Part shown: positions 9,403 through 19,865 of the stretch, piece after piece
How the letters are laid out: every line of letters begins with the position of its first letter
Position numbering within the stretch: position 1 is the stretch's first letter
DNA from: a virus
Direction: 5' to 3' (one strand)
UHGV virus genome: UHGV-0139000
Length of the DNA stretch: 41,137 bases
The notes under the pieces: generated by a model
Database searches by the model: none
Told to the model about the DNA's origin: nothing
What the model saw: only the letters and a program-made list of their open reading frames with translations
Position numbers and translations under genes: made by a program

Positions 9403-10053
9403 TCACCTTCCCAGAAATAAATTGCTCAAATACCCATCAACAGTGGAGATACCTTCTTGCGCCATCTGTGGCAGCGATTTCAGAATGGAATTATTCGGCA
9501 GCACCGTTGTTTTGGTGCCTGTATTCTGCACAGCAGACGTTCCGACTCCCTCGGTCATATTGTTTTTCGGGGCAACCCTGACTGACTGCGTGGAGGTAAT
9601 AATTACTTCCCTGAGGGTAAATGTCGCCAGAAGCACATTTTCACTACTCTTATCGGTCGTAACCTCCAGCGTTTTTATCAACATATTGTTGTAAATACGC
9701 TTGCCGGTTGTCACATCGAAAGGAATACGATTCCGCTGCAGGTTAAGCAGTTCCTGATACAGTTCTTTCGGGCTCAGCCCCAGTAAACTGGTAGCCGTCA
9801 GGTTACTGGCAAAATCAAGCAGCGATCCGCCTCCGGAAAAACCGGTTTCCATCACAACCTCAGAAGGGCGCCTGAATGCGTGTTCTGATATATAACCAGC
9901 GCCCTCACCACTGGCACCAGCATTCGTGGGCTGTTCAACCGGATGTTCCGTAATTTCCAGGGCGTCAGTGTGCTTTTCGGTAATAACCACATCAGGAATA
10001 ATGATTCCTATTGAGCGGGTTCGCTGCTGCAGTAAAACAGATAAAAAGTCCAT
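9403..10053 (-). CDS. tail protein, hypothetical (216 aa), directly downstream of tape measure
   Basis: Start overlaps the tape-measure stop; synteny only. Confidence 0.4.
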   Translation of the reverse strand: MDFLSVLLQQRTRSIGIIIPDVVITEKHTDALEITEHPVEQPTNAGASGEGAGYISEHAFRRPSEVVMETGFSGGGSLLDFASNLTATSLLGLSPKELYQELLNLQRNRIPFDVTTGKRIYNNMLIKTLEVTTDKSSENVLLATFTLREVIITSTQSVRVAPKNNMTEGVGTSAVQNTGTKTTVLPNNSILKSLPQMAQEGISTVDGYLSNLFLGR

Positions 10054-12059
10054 TACGCAGGTCCTTTCAATTGCTGTACCGCCCTGGCATTTACAGCCCC
10101 CTGCTTGTCAGCGATCAGATTAGCCGCCTCCTGAGGGTTGTTAACTCCATGAACATTTATAACAGTCTGCTGGTTAAGGCTGCCAGCGGCGGCCTGATAC
10201 GCCAGCGGGCTGTTCCAGTTTGAATAACCTTCTTTGCGCGCCATCGACTGCATCAATGCTCCCATAGTCTGGGGATCTGTAAGATTCAATATTGCATTCG
10301 GTGATACTCCCATCCATTTCGCAACATCCTGTGCATACTTTTTCGGATCGTTGTTATCACCTGCCGGGGCCCAGGTACTGACAATATCCTGAATAGTCTG
10401 TAATGCTCGTCCGGTTGTTTTCCCGGTAAAGTAACGCATGAGCTGATTTTTCATCGCCTCCCAGCCCTCAAGAGCTGATTCGAAAAACCGGAACCCTTTA
10501 CCGCTCACCGGGCGAATGTTCCCGGGGTTATTGTTGCGATCAGCAAGAGTACCGCCGCCGGGGATGTCGGGCTGGACGTTGGAGCCATGCACTACACCGT
10601 TACTCTGTCCCTGCCGGATAACTTTACCGGGTCCCCCGTGCAACCAGTCCATCCACGCAGGCCATTCACGGACCTCACTGACATCCCTGCGTCCGATATC
10701 TGTTTTTATACCAATAGCAGCCAGCGTGTCGCCGATAATTCGCTTCGTATACCTCAGTGAAGATTTTGCGCTATCGGCAATATTTTCTCTGTCACTAACA
10801 ATATAGCCCGCGTAAAGCGCCCACAATTTAAGCCAGGGTGGGACCGGTAAACCTGATATTTTTCCGAAAGCCCCCAGAACCTTGGATACCCAGACACCCG
10901 CGATGAATGTACCGAGGATTTCCAGTGCATTTTGCCAGCCGCCAACACCATCTTTTAGTTCCAGAAGGTGATCACGAAGCCAGGTGATCGCATCCTTCGC
11001 TTTATCTATTGCCGGTTGCCATTTTTCCCAGTCGATAAGACTGTTACCGCCTTCTTTCCATGTTTTGTAGTCTTCCCACAAGAGACCGAGAGCCACGATC
11101 AGACCGGTAATCAGCCCTATAGGTGACATCCAGAAAGTAGAGTTAAGTATCCGCATGGCGACAACCAGACCGCCGATAACCTCTATCAGGGTTTTCGTTT
11201 CGGCATCCAGTTTCCCCCACCACTCGATGATATCGCCGACACCATCGACTATCCGAAATGCTACCCGCCCGACTATCTCACCCAGCCAGAGGATCCCCTT
11301 TATGACCTTTGTGATGGTGACTTCAATTTTGGGAAAATTTTCAATTATCTTTTTGCGCAGGTTATCAATCTGCCCCGCCAGTCCGTCCGCAAGATTCGAT
11401 CCGATTTTGTCCCGCGCCATCCCGGCCATTTCACCGAGCGATTTCAGCGAGGTCATAAACCGGTTTGACGATAAGGCAGCCTGATCGGCATTAAATCCGA
11501 TCGCTTTCACCATTTCTGAATACTGAGCGCTGAACTGCCCCACACCACGACGCATGGCCATCAGGGTATTTTCGTCAATGCCCAGCATCTGCGCATACTG
11601 GTTAGCCCGGTAATACGGCATACCGCTGAGCTTCTGGCCTACACCTGTAAAAATAGCGGCCATGTCACGCATGTTGCCGCTGGCATCACGGGTCTGTACG
11701 CCCAGGCGATTCAGAAAGCCTTCTGCTCCGGGATTGTTACGAATAAACCGGGAGAGGCTTTCCAGAGAAGATCGCGCAGCGTCCACACTGCCGCCAACCT
11801 GCGAAACCGCATAGCCAATAGACTGAATTCCCTGGACTGTCGCGCCGGTGCGCTGTGACGCCCAGTAAAGATTATCCAGGCCGGAGGCGATCTTAGCCGT
11901 GAAGGCCACCACGGACAGCGCAGCTCCTTCAACGGCCAGTCCCATTTTGATGACATTTGCAGTTGTACCGGCGAGGACAGAACCGAACTTTTTCGCTCCT
12001 GCATCATCCACACTGAAGCCAAGCGAGACGAGGAAATCTTTAATAGTTTCAGCGTTCAT
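10053..12059 (-). CDS. tail tape measure protein
   Basis: About 668 aa with Ala/Gly-rich helical segments and a hydrophobic central region; downstream of sheath, tube and chaperone genes. ATG at 12059 with upstream GGAGAGAGG preferred over the TTG at 12080. Confidence 0.75.
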   Translation of the reverse strand: MNAETIKDFLVSLGFSVDDAGAKKFGSVLAGTTANVIKMGLAVEGAALSVVAFTAKIASGLDNLYWASQRTGATVQGIQSIGYAVSQVGGSVDAARSSLESLSRFIRNNPGAEGFLNRLGVQTRDASGNMRDMAAIFTGVGQKLSGMPYYRANQYAQMLGIDENTLMAMRRGVGQFSAQYSEMVKAIGFNADQAALSSNRFMTSLKSLGEMAGMARDKIGSNLADGLAGQIDNLRKKIIENFPKIEVTITKVIKGILWLGEIVGRVAFRIVDGVGDIIEWWGKLDAETKTLIEVIGGLVVAMRILNSTFWMSPIGLITGLIVALGLLWEDYKTWKEGGNSLIDWEKWQPAIDKAKDAITWLRDHLLELKDGVGGWQNALEILGTFIAGVWVSKVLGAFGKISGLPVPPWLKLWALYAGYIVSDRENIADSAKSSLRYTKRIIGDTLAAIGIKTDIGRRDVSEVREWPAWMDWLHGGPGKVIRQGQSNGVVHGSNVQPDIPGGGTLADRNNNPGNIRPVSGKGFRFFESALEGWEAMKNQLMRYFTGKTTGRALQTIQDIVSTWAPAGDNNDPKKYAQDVAKWMGVSPNAILNLTDPQTMGALMQSMARKEGYSNWNSPLAYQAAAGSLNQQTVINVHGVNNPQEAANLIADKQGAVNARAVQQLKGPA

Positions 12060-12291
12060 TATCCTCTCTCCATTTCTCAATGCGCCGCTGGTTATCTGCT
12101 TTTACCGCCAGATGGTCATTCAAGAGAGCAATGTCATACAAATCGACAGAGCCATCTTTAAGTGCTGTATAGGGAATTAACCCGGCGTCAACCGGATTGA
12201 GAAGGTAGGACAGCCCGTCCGGCAGGCTGTTAAACGTCAGCCCTGTTGCAGGCTCTGCGTCGTGCTGGTAAGGGGTGTAGGCAAAAAATTT
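12049..12291 (-). other. -1 frameshift extension of the tail assembly chaperone (G/GT or E/E' type)
   Basis: Minus-strand run AAATTTTTT (12283..12291) 15 codons before the chaperone stop; the -1 frame is then open for about 79 codons and ends at TGA 12049..12051, overlapping the tape-measure ATG. Confidence 0.5.
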
Positions 12292-12689
12292 CCCAGCGAA
12301 TCGGCGACCACCCGCGCCACCAGCTGCAGCATGACCAGCAGGTCAATATCATCAAACATCAGTTCACCCTGGGTAAATACCGGAACCCATCCGTCCATAT
12401 GACGCCGCGATACCACCGCAAGACAGGGATGAATAATCGCATCGGTGTCATCTTCGGTCAGGGAAGACAGTTCCTCAGCGATACGCGGGAGCATGGTTTC
12501 AAACACCGGTTTTAACTGCTCGAATTTCACGGTGTCGATTTTGCCATCAGCAGGCAAACGGGAGCGAATGCTCCCGAAATCTGACATCATTCCTGCCAGC
12601 ACCGGCAGAAGTTTGCGGGTCACTTTCAGCTGGTCAAAAACGCTGAGTTTTGCCGCGCGATATTTCACGCCTTTAATTTCGAATTCCAT
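12237..12689 (-). CDS. tail assembly chaperone
   Basis: 150 aa between tube and tape measure; carries the slippery site and -1 extension. Confidence 0.6.
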   Translation of the reverse strand: MEFEIKGVKYRAAKLSVFDQLKVTRKLLPVLAGMMSDFGSIRSRLPADGKIDTVKFEQLKPVFETMLPRIAEELSSLTEDDTDAIIHPCLAVVSRRHMDGWVPVFTQGELMFDDIDLLVMLQLVARVVADSLGNFLPTPLTSTTQSLQQG

Positions 12690-12692
12690 GTA

Positions 12693-13133
12693 TTAAAACT
12701 CCCCGAGAACCTGGTCAATCTTGCCACAGTCAAACACCCACGGCATCGTATTACCGGTTTTAGCGTTGGCGTTATCCGGTTGCTTCTGGAACGCAACACT
12801 GCGTGCCGTGATGATGTCGCCGCTGACCTTGTTGCGGATCACGATAACGTTATTCCCCCATGTGGCAGAAGACTGGCTCTGTGCGTTATACGCCAGCGAC
12901 AATTTTTTATTTGTCGGTGATGTCTTCAGAAGGTTAACGGTAATCGTCCCGCTTTTATCTGCATGGAGACTGTGCATCACTTCGCCATCAGCACCGATGG
13001 TCATGGTGTTTTTAGGACCGCCCATCGCAACCACAATCCCCTCTTCAGAACTTGCCGAACCGTACCCGAGGTCAATCGAACCTGTCGGCCCGGTCAGCGT
13101 CGCAGTGACATCCATAAAAGAATAGGTAGACAT
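12693..13133 (-). CDS. tail tube protein
   Basis: 146 aa immediately downstream of the sheath gene; myovirus sheath-tube-chaperone-tape measure order. Confidence 0.55.
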   Translation of the reverse strand: MSTYSFMDVTATLTGPTGSIDLGYGSASSEEGIVVAMGGPKNTMTIGADGEVMHSLHADKSGTITVNLLKTSPTNKKLSLAYNAQSQSSATWGNNVIVIRNKVSGDIITARSVAFQKQPDNANAKTGNTMPWVFDCGKIDQVLGEF

Positions 13134-13143
13134 TCACTTCCCC

Positions 13144-14289
13144 TTAGCGAACAACGTTAATCTGTACGTCAGCGTAATGAACCGCGCCTGCAAGTTTTAT
13201 TGCAGCCTGAATCACCGGAGCCTTACGGGCTTCACGTTCTGATTGTGCCTGTTCATCCAGCGGCTGGGCGTATACGTAATAACCTTTGGGCAGTGTGTCA
13301 CCTGATGACAACTGACCAAGGTCGCCCCCGCTCCATACGCCCGGAGCAATCAGTCCATTCTGAACGGCCTGATCCAGTGATTTTTCAACATTTGATAACA
13401 GTCGGGTAATACCGGCTTCAGTCTGGGGAACTTTCGTGGTGCTGGTATAAAGCAGGTTATAGAGGTTGGTCTGCACATAATTCTGTAACCAGTCCAGGCC
13501 GTGGCGTTCATCAAAGAAATCGCCGTTAGCCATCACTCCCTGCTGGAGGATAGCCGTATCATTCTGGTAGTACACGAATACATTGCAGTTTTTTGCATCA
13601 AGTGCCGATGCCTGGCTGACTGTCAGTGTTTCATACCCGACACCCGGCTCCTGCTTAAACTTGAGCGTAATCGCGGTATTACTGCCATTGAAATTAACCG
13701 TGAATACCCGGCCAAATGCAGATAACGCAGCGTATTTATTACCCGATGAATACTGAATAAAACTGCGTGAATATCCGGCGGTTTTCAGTTTTGATGCCAA
13801 ATCATCGCTGGATGCAGTCTGCAGGCATTTATCATCGCTTGTCGTAATCGCCAGAATACGGCTTACAGAAGAGGATTCGATCGCCGCAGCCACTTTCAGC
13901 CAGTCTGCATCCGGAATATCTTCATCGTCTGCAATCCCCAGCCCATACCATGAAGTATAATCGAGCATGGCATTCACAGCCTGCTCCAGCGTCTCAGGCG
14001 TGGCCTGTTCGCTGTCTCCCTTCGTTTTCACCCAACGACCAACAAAAACCTCCTGAGGTTTCGGTGATTGTGAGAAAAACACCTGCGCAGCTTTATATTC
14101 TGGTGATTCCACGCCAAAATCTTTTCCAATATCTTCCGCGGCAGAATAACGACGAATGCGCTCACTTACCGGAATGATTGTGGACGGGCCGAGAATGAGT
14201 AATGCACCAAAATTTCGCCCTGATGCTGCACGCGGCGACATGATCACATCAACATTAACAACGTTTGATACAGGCAAGCCCTGTGCCAT
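13144..14289 (-). CDS. tail sheath protein
   Basis: 381 aa, first gene of the tail-shaft block; synteny. Confidence 0.55.
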   Translation of the reverse strand: MAQGLPVSNVVNVDVIMSPRAASGRNFGALLILGPSTIIPVSERIRRYSAAEDIGKDFGVESPEYKAAQVFFSQSPKPQEVFVGRWVKTKGDSEQATPETLEQAVNAMLDYTSWYGLGIADDEDIPDADWLKVAAAIESSSVSRILAITTSDDKCLQTASSDDLASKLKTAGYSRSFIQYSSGNKYAALSAFGRVFTVNFNGSNTAITLKFKQEPGVGYETLTVSQASALDAKNCNVFVYYQNDTAILQQGVMANGDFFDERHGLDWLQNYVQTNLYNLLYTSTTKVPQTEAGITRLLSNVEKSLDQAVQNGLIAPGVWSGGDLGQLSSGDTLPKGYYVYAQPLDEQAQSEREARKAPVIQAAIKLAGAVHYADVQINVVR

Positions 14290-14292
14290 AGC

Positions 14293-14859
14293 TTAATCTC
14301 CGAAAAAGGTGACTGGTGCTTCCACCAGCGATTTAATACCGTACTCGCGCACAACCTTCCGGCGCAGACGCACCGTCATATCGTAGCGGCGGACCCATTG
14401 CTGATTAATAAGTTCAGGGAAGGGAGTCAGACCTGTGTAATCGCCAAGAGACAGCCCCAGCGCATTCAGTGCTGCATTGTTCTGCGGCACAGATATACCG
14501 TCACGAAACCGGGACGCATACACCATCCCCGCCGGTCCATAAAACGAAGCCATACACTCAATCGTTTCATGCCGCCAGAGCTGAGAGCCATCATCGGTCT
14601 GTCTGGTGAATGCCGGACTGTCATCACCTGACCATCCGATAACCCCAAACGCACACCAGTTCGTTTCAACCGGTAGCAGTGGCGGCTGCTCTTTCTGCCA
14701 GCGCGGGCGAACCATCCCGGCAGACAGACCGGAAACGTTACGCATCCACTGGCTTAACAGCCTGTCGAGCGCTTCGTCATAATCCGGATCGCCACTGGTT
14801 GGTATTAACCATCCGCGCTCTGTACTGGTGTTATTGCTCAACCGGAGTTCCCCCATCAA
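14293..14859 (-). CDS. head-tail/neck structural protein, hypothetical (188 aa)
   Basis: Compact operon position between head and sheath. Confidence 0.4.
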   Translation of the reverse strand: MMGELRLSNNTSTERGWLIPTSGDPDYDEALDRLLSQWMRNVSGLSAGMVRPRWQKEQPPLLPVETNWCAFGVIGWSGDDSPAFTRQTDDGSQLWRHETIECMASFYGPAGMVYASRFRDGISVPQNNAALNALGLSLGDYTGLTPFPELINQQWVRRYDMTVRLRRKVVREYGIKSLVEAPVTFFGD

Positions 14860-15220
14860 ACGGCATCAACTCACAATGCGCCTGAACGAATCCGGCCCCA
14901 TAAGCTGTATACGGGTCGACGAAGGTCACACGATAATCACGGCCCTGATACGTCACGATATCGGCATCACGGCCAGTCTGTCCCTGCGTCAGTCGCTCAG
15001 TCGTCACAATCAGAATTGCACCGCTGATTACCTGCCCTGCCTGCATACGGCGGTTTTCCAGAGAGCGATCAACAGTTACGACTCCGGCAAACTGCTTTTT
15101 AACTTCACTGTCGCTGCCGATCCCGTCCTCATCCACCGTTTGCACTCGGCGTGTTACCCACAAATTGAAGTCGCAAAAATCGGGGTCAAAAAGCACATCT
15201 GTTACATCAAGAGTCGGCAT
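14831..15220 (-). CDS. head-tail joining protein, hypothetical (129 aa)
   Basis: Operon position; overlapping starts and stops. Confidence 0.4.
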   Translation of the reverse strand: MPTLDVTDVLFDPDFCDFNLWVTRRVQTVDEDGIGSDSEVKKQFAGVVTVDRSLENRRMQAGQVISGAILIVTTERLTQGQTGRDADIVTYQGRDYRVTFVDPYTAYGAGFVQAHCELMPFDGGTPVEQ

Positions 15221-15761
15221 CTTTATCCCTCACTACATGGGTAATCGCTCTGCGATATTGCCCGGTGTCAATTAATGGTTTCGCCAGATCGGTTCCGGGA
15301 GATTCGCCAGCAACACGCCGGGAAAGTTCCAGTGTTGCCCCCTTGCGCCCCCGACGAGCCCGGGCTTCAACAGTGCTGTCAGCAAGCGGCGTAAAGCCGG
15401 TAATAGTCATGTAACGCCTGACGCCATTAGCGGCCAGCGTTCCGGCACGGTTGAGTGCGCGTTCTGCTCCCGCAGCATTACCATCAAGAGCAGCCTGCGC
15501 CGCGGTTTTGAGCTGCGGCACCGTCTGCTCTTCTGCCGATTTAACGCCGGGGACCAGGTGAGGTCGTGGCGGGATGTTCTGCTCTGGTGAGCCGTATTCG
15601 TTGAGGTAACCGATGCCCGCATTACCAAACGGAACATCATCCCGCTCGCTGTCTTCCGAAGGGATGCCGACCAGCACATCTTTTTTGGTTAACGACCTGA
15701 GCGCATCCAGAATGGCCTTAGCGTTATCCACCCTCGTTGTTACACCGCTTTTGAAACTCAT
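15207..15761 (-). CDS. head-tail joining/neck protein, hypothetical (184 aa)
   Basis: Operon position. Confidence 0.4.
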   Translation of the reverse strand: MSFKSGVTTRVDNAKAILDALRSLTKKDVLVGIPSEDSERDDVPFGNAGIGYLNEYGSPEQNIPPRPHLVPGVKSAEEQTVPQLKTAAQAALDGNAAGAERALNRAGTLAANGVRRYMTITGFTPLADSTVEARARRGRKGATLELSRRVAGESPGTDLAKPLIDTGQYRRAITHVVRDKDADS

Positions 15762-16165
15762 AGCTGGCGACCGCCTGCACCGAACATCGTGATCAACTGA
15801 TAAAATTCAGCGCCATATCGGGTGTTATTCCAGAAACCTGCATCAGGATTCAGCGTCGCGCTGGTGTCATAGCTGACGCTTACCTTATCCACGGACTTTG
15901 AGGACTGAACACCATTGGTTGAACCGCCCGGACCACCAGCCAGCATCGCTCTGCTGTCTGCCGCCCAGAGCGTCATGTAGTGCGCAACGAACAATCCGGC
16001 AAAGTACGGAAACAACTTTTTGCCGGTGACGTTTTCACTCAGCAGTTCATCGGCCAGATTCAGACGAAACTGGATTTGCGCTTCGGGATATTTGGCAGGG
16101 TCAGCAAACTGCGGGAAGTCGCGGCGAAAATCACTTACCGCTGGCAGACTTTGATTCTTTGGCAT
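15758..16165 (-). CDS. head-tail connector protein, hypothetical (135 aa)
   Basis: Operon position after the capsid gene. Confidence 0.4.
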   Translation of the reverse strand: MPKNQSLPAVSDFRRDFPQFADPAKYPEAQIQFRLNLADELLSENVTGKKLFPYFAGLFVAHYMTLWAADSRAMLAGGPGGSTNGVQSSKSVDKVSVSYDTSATLNPDAGFWNNTRYGAEFYQLITMFGAGGRQL

Positions 16166-16352
16166 TTTTTACCTCGTTACGCGCGTCTGTGGCTTTGCCA
16201 ACGGATACTTCCGCGTGCGCACGAGTGAACCAGTGCGTGGCAACTTCTTCCTCCACAGCATGACGGCCTTTAACAAACTCGCGCCGTGAACCGTCGGGAA
16301 GCGTGAGCACAAACGGGGTATGTACGTGTATTACTGCATTATTTTTTGCCAT
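16131..16352 (-). CDS. hypothetical small structural-module protein (73 aa)
   Basis: ORF between the capsid gene and connector genes. Confidence 0.35.
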   Translation of the reverse strand: MAKNNAVIHVHTPFVLTLPDGSRREFVKGRHAVEEEVATHWFTRAHAEVSVGKATDARNEVKNAKESKSASGK

Positions 16353-16393
16353 CGGGTCATCCTTAATGGCCCCGCCAGGGGGCCATGTGGCTG

Positions 16394-17335
16394 TTAAATG
16401 CCATCAACGTACGAAATGGTTTCTTTGTACACTGGCTCAACCGCACCCAGCTTGCCGTAGTAAGTGACGATCTGATACAGACCGCGATACTGCACCGGCA
16501 CGCTCTGAAGCGGAACCAGCGGGTAGCGGACGTATTTTTTATCGTTGGTGTACGCAACCATGCGATCCTTTTTCCCCACACCACGGCCTTTCAGCCATTT
16601 AACCGCGCGGATATTCAGCGGAACACCGTTCTGGTGATAGCTGATGGTGTTGGTCTGAAGATACGTCAACAGGGACTGGTTACCCGCAGATGAAACGATG
16701 ATGCTGGACAACAGAGCAAACTGCTCAGGCGGGATCAGCAAATCACGCGGAACCACAGAGTAACCGGAAGCGGCCCACGCATCAGACAGCACCTGGTTAA
16801 TGCTTGCGCGGATTTCGTCCGGTGTTGAGGTTGCCCACGTTTTAGCAGCGTTGTTGACAGGCACGCCGTCCAGGGTAACAAGGCCTTTCAGGTTTAATGC
16901 GGAATCGCCAACATATACCTGTTCATCGTTATCCATCTGCCATTTCAGTTGCATACCGTCATACTTCTGCGTATCAATCGGGCGGCCGACCTGCTGAGCA
17001 GCCTGCAATTCTATGACCGTCCAGCCAAGTTCCATCCCCCACAGGTTCAGCGGGTTACCGGATTTGCCGATATCCACGTTCACGCCAGCAATAGCGGTTG
17101 AGTCTTTGCCTACCCAGTTTTTGCCATTCGGATTTGCACCAGTACCCGCAGCGGCGAAGCTGGTATTCGTCCAGCTGGAAATGTCATCTGCGATGGAGAC
17201 ATCTTCACGCAACTGAATATCGCGGGTCCAGGTGTACCCCACCAGTGGCAGGTTCAGCGTCTGGTCGAGTCGCTCCAGCTCCCCGATGAGAAAGGCACCA
17301 GAGCTGTCAACGGTTGCCTGATCAAAAGTAATCAT
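16394..17335 (-). CDS. major capsid protein (putative)
   Basis: 313 aa following scaffold-like and decoration-like genes; a GC-rich hairpin (16362..16381) follows the stop. Confidence 0.55.
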   Translation of the reverse strand: MITFDQATVDSSGAFLIGELERLDQTLNLPLVGYTWTRDIQLREDVSIADDISSWTNTSFAAAGTGANPNGKNWVGKDSTAIAGVNVDIGKSGNPLNLWGMELGWTVIELQAAQQVGRPIDTQKYDGMQLKWQMDNDEQVYVGDSALNLKGLVTLDGVPVNNAAKTWATSTPDEIRASINQVLSDAWAASGYSVVPRDLLIPPEQFALLSSIIVSSAGNQSLLTYLQTNTISYHQNGVPLNIRAVKWLKGRGVGKKDRMVAYTNDKKYVRYPLVPLQSVPVQYRGLYQIVTYYGKLGAVEPVYKETISYVDGI

Positions 17336-17346
17336 TCGTCTGTTCC

Positions 17347-17853
17347 TTAAATCTTCCAGGAAATTTCTGCATTGCCGTCAGCATCACCGGCACCTGTGAA
17401 TTCAGCGTTGGTCAGCACCACATTTTTGCCACTGACTGACGTGGACATGAATCCACCCAGCGGCACTTTGATGGATTCATCAGTGGAGACGACAACGTAT
17501 ACCGGGTCGCCTTTTTTGATGGTGCTGGCATCAAAATCAGAACCGAGATTAACAGTCACGTAGCCACGCTTCATGGCGTCGCCCGGGAAGTTCTTGCCTG
17601 TTCCCACCTGGCGAACCATGTCCGGCTGCGACGTGGTCGGATAAGGGCGCACGTAGATCCCCTTCACCTTGTCTGCGGTATCACCATCTGCCAGCGGCAC
17701 GAAAAAACCGTCATCATCGTATTTACCAGCCAGGCCATAGGCAGCGAAGGCGTTATCGGATTTAAGGACCACCGGTTCGACGGTTAAGTCCTGCGGGCGA
17801 GAGATAGCCCCGGCAATGCCAACAGGCATCCGGTACAGAAATACATTATTCAT
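17347..17853 (-). CDS. head structural/decoration protein (putative)
   Basis: 168 aa between scaffold-like and capsid genes. Confidence 0.4.
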   Translation of the reverse strand: MNNVFLYRMPVGIAGAISRPQDLTVEPVVLKSDNAFAAYGLAGKYDDDGFFVPLADGDTADKVKGIYVRPYPTTSQPDMVRQVGTGKNFPGDAMKRGYVTVNLGSDFDASTIKKGDPVYVVVSTDESIKVPLGGFMSTSVSGKNVVLTNAEFTGAGDADGNAEISWKI

Positions 17854-17856
17854 TTT

Positions 17857-19077
17857 TTACCCTTTACGGTTTGCCCAGAATTCAGCGTTTTGTTTGTTCA
17901 GGGAAGCGATACTGGTCATGCCCATGTTTGGGCGCTGTGCATCGCCGGTGGTGGCGCGGGTGTTTCGCCCTTTGGCAATCTCAGACACGGCATTAAACGC
18001 CATGTCGACCGATTGTTTCGGCAATTTGCGGATATCCGCATCACCGACGATCTGGCGAACCAGCGTTTTATCTGCGGAAGCCAGAACCTCGCGTTTGAAC
18101 TCGGTCGGTTTCATCTTACGGCTCAGATCGATACCCGGAACGATAACTTCGGCACGCCAGGCTGAGTCACCAGTAATCGTGGTTTCCTCTTCATCGTCCT
18201 CGCCGTCACCGGTCGGATTATCGTCAGGTTTATTATCGTTATCACCCGTGGCATTTCCTTCCAGCTTAGCCAGCAGGGCTTTCAGTAATGTTTTGAGGTC
18301 ATCATCACTGTCGCCGGTTGGACCTCCACCCATCTCTGGTGCTTTGTCCGGTAGTGGTTGCTGCGGGGACAGGTTGATGTTGAGATTAACGCCCTGCGGC
18401 AAATCTCCCTCATCTCCTGTAACCGATGCGGGAGCCGACTCCACCAGTTCGTTCATGGTGTCGGCATCTCCTGTCTTGATGGCTGCACGCATGCGGTTCC
18501 ACCAGTTTTTCTTTTGATTTGCCATTGTGTCTCTGTCTCCAATTGCACAACGATTTCCGGCTCTGCCTTTGGGGACAAGAGCCACATGGTTTCCGGTAAT
18601 ATCGACCTGCTCGGCTTTACCTGGCTCGGTCTGCTCGTACTCCGCGTCATAGCCGCACGACACTTCACGCAGGCCATCTTCGATAAGCTGAATGGCGTTT
18701 TCGTCTTTGACGATAAGGTCAGCCAGCATTAAATCAGACTGCTCACCCGTCCCGCGCCGGACATTCTGGAGGTGCCCGACAGCAAGCTCTTTCCAGTTCT
18801 CGGGATTTACCAGCCGCACATTCCCGTTTTCATCTTCAGGATGCAGGATCGTGATGCTCATCCCTTCGAATGAGGCAAGCGTGGCCGGATGGAATACCTG
18901 CTCAGGAGAACGCGTGACGACTATTTCACCGAACTTATCGGGTTTCAGTTTTGGCAGATCATCAGCACCATAGAGCTGCTTACCTGTTCGTCCTATCGGC
19001 ACGTCTCTGCACAGCAACGAGCCGTCAGCCAGCTGGTAGCGGGTTTCTCCCAGCCGGGTATTGAAAAAATATTTCAT
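17857..19077 (-). CDS. head scaffolding / prohead maturation protein (putative)
   Basis: 406 aa with a strongly acidic low-complexity stretch (GDSDDDL...DGEDDEEETT) typical of scaffolds; lies between the Mu F-like and capsid genes. Confidence 0.5.
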   Translation of the reverse strand: MKYFFNTRLGETRYQLADGSLLCRDVPIGRTGKQLYGADDLPKLKPDKFGEIVVTRSPEQVFHPATLASFEGMSITILHPEDENGNVRLVNPENWKELAVGHLQNVRRGTGEQSDLMLADLIVKDENAIQLIEDGLREVSCGYDAEYEQTEPGKAEQVDITGNHVALVPKGRAGNRCAIGDRDTMANQKKNWWNRMRAAIKTGDADTMNELVESAPASVTGDEGDLPQGVNLNINLSPQQPLPDKAPEMGGGPTGDSDDDLKTLLKALLAKLEGNATGDNDNKPDDNPTGDGEDDEEETTITGDSAWRAEVIVPGIDLSRKMKPTEFKREVLASADKTLVRQIVGDADIRKLPKQSVDMAFNAVSEIAKGRNTRATTGDAQRPNMGMTSIASLNKQNAEFWANRKG

Positions 19078-19091
19078 GGGTTACCTGCGAT

Positions 19092-19865
19092 TCAGGCGGG
19101 ATAAGATTGGGAGGTGGGAAAAACGATTTCTTTATAACAGCGACAATTCGGGAGCTCGCCAGCATGACCTGTCATGCCGTCAAGCGTTGGAGGTTTGCCC
19201 CATTCGACAAATTTACCTTCCATTTCCTGATGAGAATGCCTGACGTCACCATCTTCGGCTGTACGCCAGATATAACCATTCGAACCAATTGACAGCGCAC
19301 GCGCCTGATCCAGCGCTCCGGTTGCACGTCCAAGTTCAGTACGGGCAATCAGGTCAGCTCTGGACTTTGCTATATCACCCGATGCGGCTATTTCTTTAGC
19401 AAAATGTTCCGCTCTCCCACCGGTAACAACAGCTTCTGTCGCCCGATTCTGGATGTCGTACACCCTGTCAGCCGCCTCGAGGGGTAGCGATTTGATGTAC
19501 TTAACCTGTTCAGCAACGATGGATTTCATCACCTGCCCTGGAGGGGCACTGTTTACCAGATTGCGTAGCTCACGGCTGATGGTTTTGCTGTGTTTACGCC
19601 ACTGCTCATCATTCTTGCGCACAATGTCGGCGGTAAAGTTTTCCGCGACCTTTGTCGCCCAGGGGGTGATGATTTCACTGTAGCGTTCCAGCGCCTCAAT
19701 AATTTCCGTGATACTGTCATTTGAACCATCGTAGCGACCATTTACGATGTCCCCGACCGCCCGCGCTATCCTGCGTAGACTGGTTCGATACCGGATTTCC
19801 GCCTGACGGTTCCTGCGGTTCGTCATCAGGTTCGCCGATGCCGGGCGGCGCTTCGTCTTCGGCAT
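19092..19865 (-). CDS. minor head morphogenesis protein (Mu gpF / SPP1 gp7-like)
   Basis: C-terminal ARTELGRA and HAGELPNCRCY motifs recalled from the Mu F family; immediately downstream of portal. The start may be an internal Met because of the long overlap with portal. Confidence 0.65.
   Translation of the reverse strand: MPKTKRRPASANLMTNRRNRQAEIRYRTSLRRIARAVGDIVNGRYDGSNDSITEIIEALERYSEIITPWATKVAENFTADIVRKNDEQWRKHSKTISRELRNLVNSAPPGQVMKSIVAEQVKYIKSLPLEAADRVYDIQNRATEAVVTGGRAEHFAKEIAASGDIAKSRADLIARTELGRATGALDQARALSIGSNGYIWRTAEDGDVRHSHQEMEGKFVEWGKPPTLDGMTGHAGELPNCRCYKEIVFPTSQSYPA

Noticed and set aside
12080-12080. ORF-track start of the tape measure protein at 12080
   Set aside because: The codon at 12080 is TTG; an in-frame ATG at 12059 with a GGAGAGAGG Shine-Dalgarno-like sequence just upstream is the more likely start, and it coincides with the end of the frameshift extension.
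17816-18517. 233-aa plus-strand ORF antisense to the scaffold-like gene (similar cases at 5505..5942, 3839..4348, 34204..34779, 28177..28824)
   Set aside because: These lie wholly inside well-supported genes on the other strand, have Ser/Pro/Arg-rich low-complexity translations typical of antisense frames in GC-rich coding DNA, and have no RBS or operon context.
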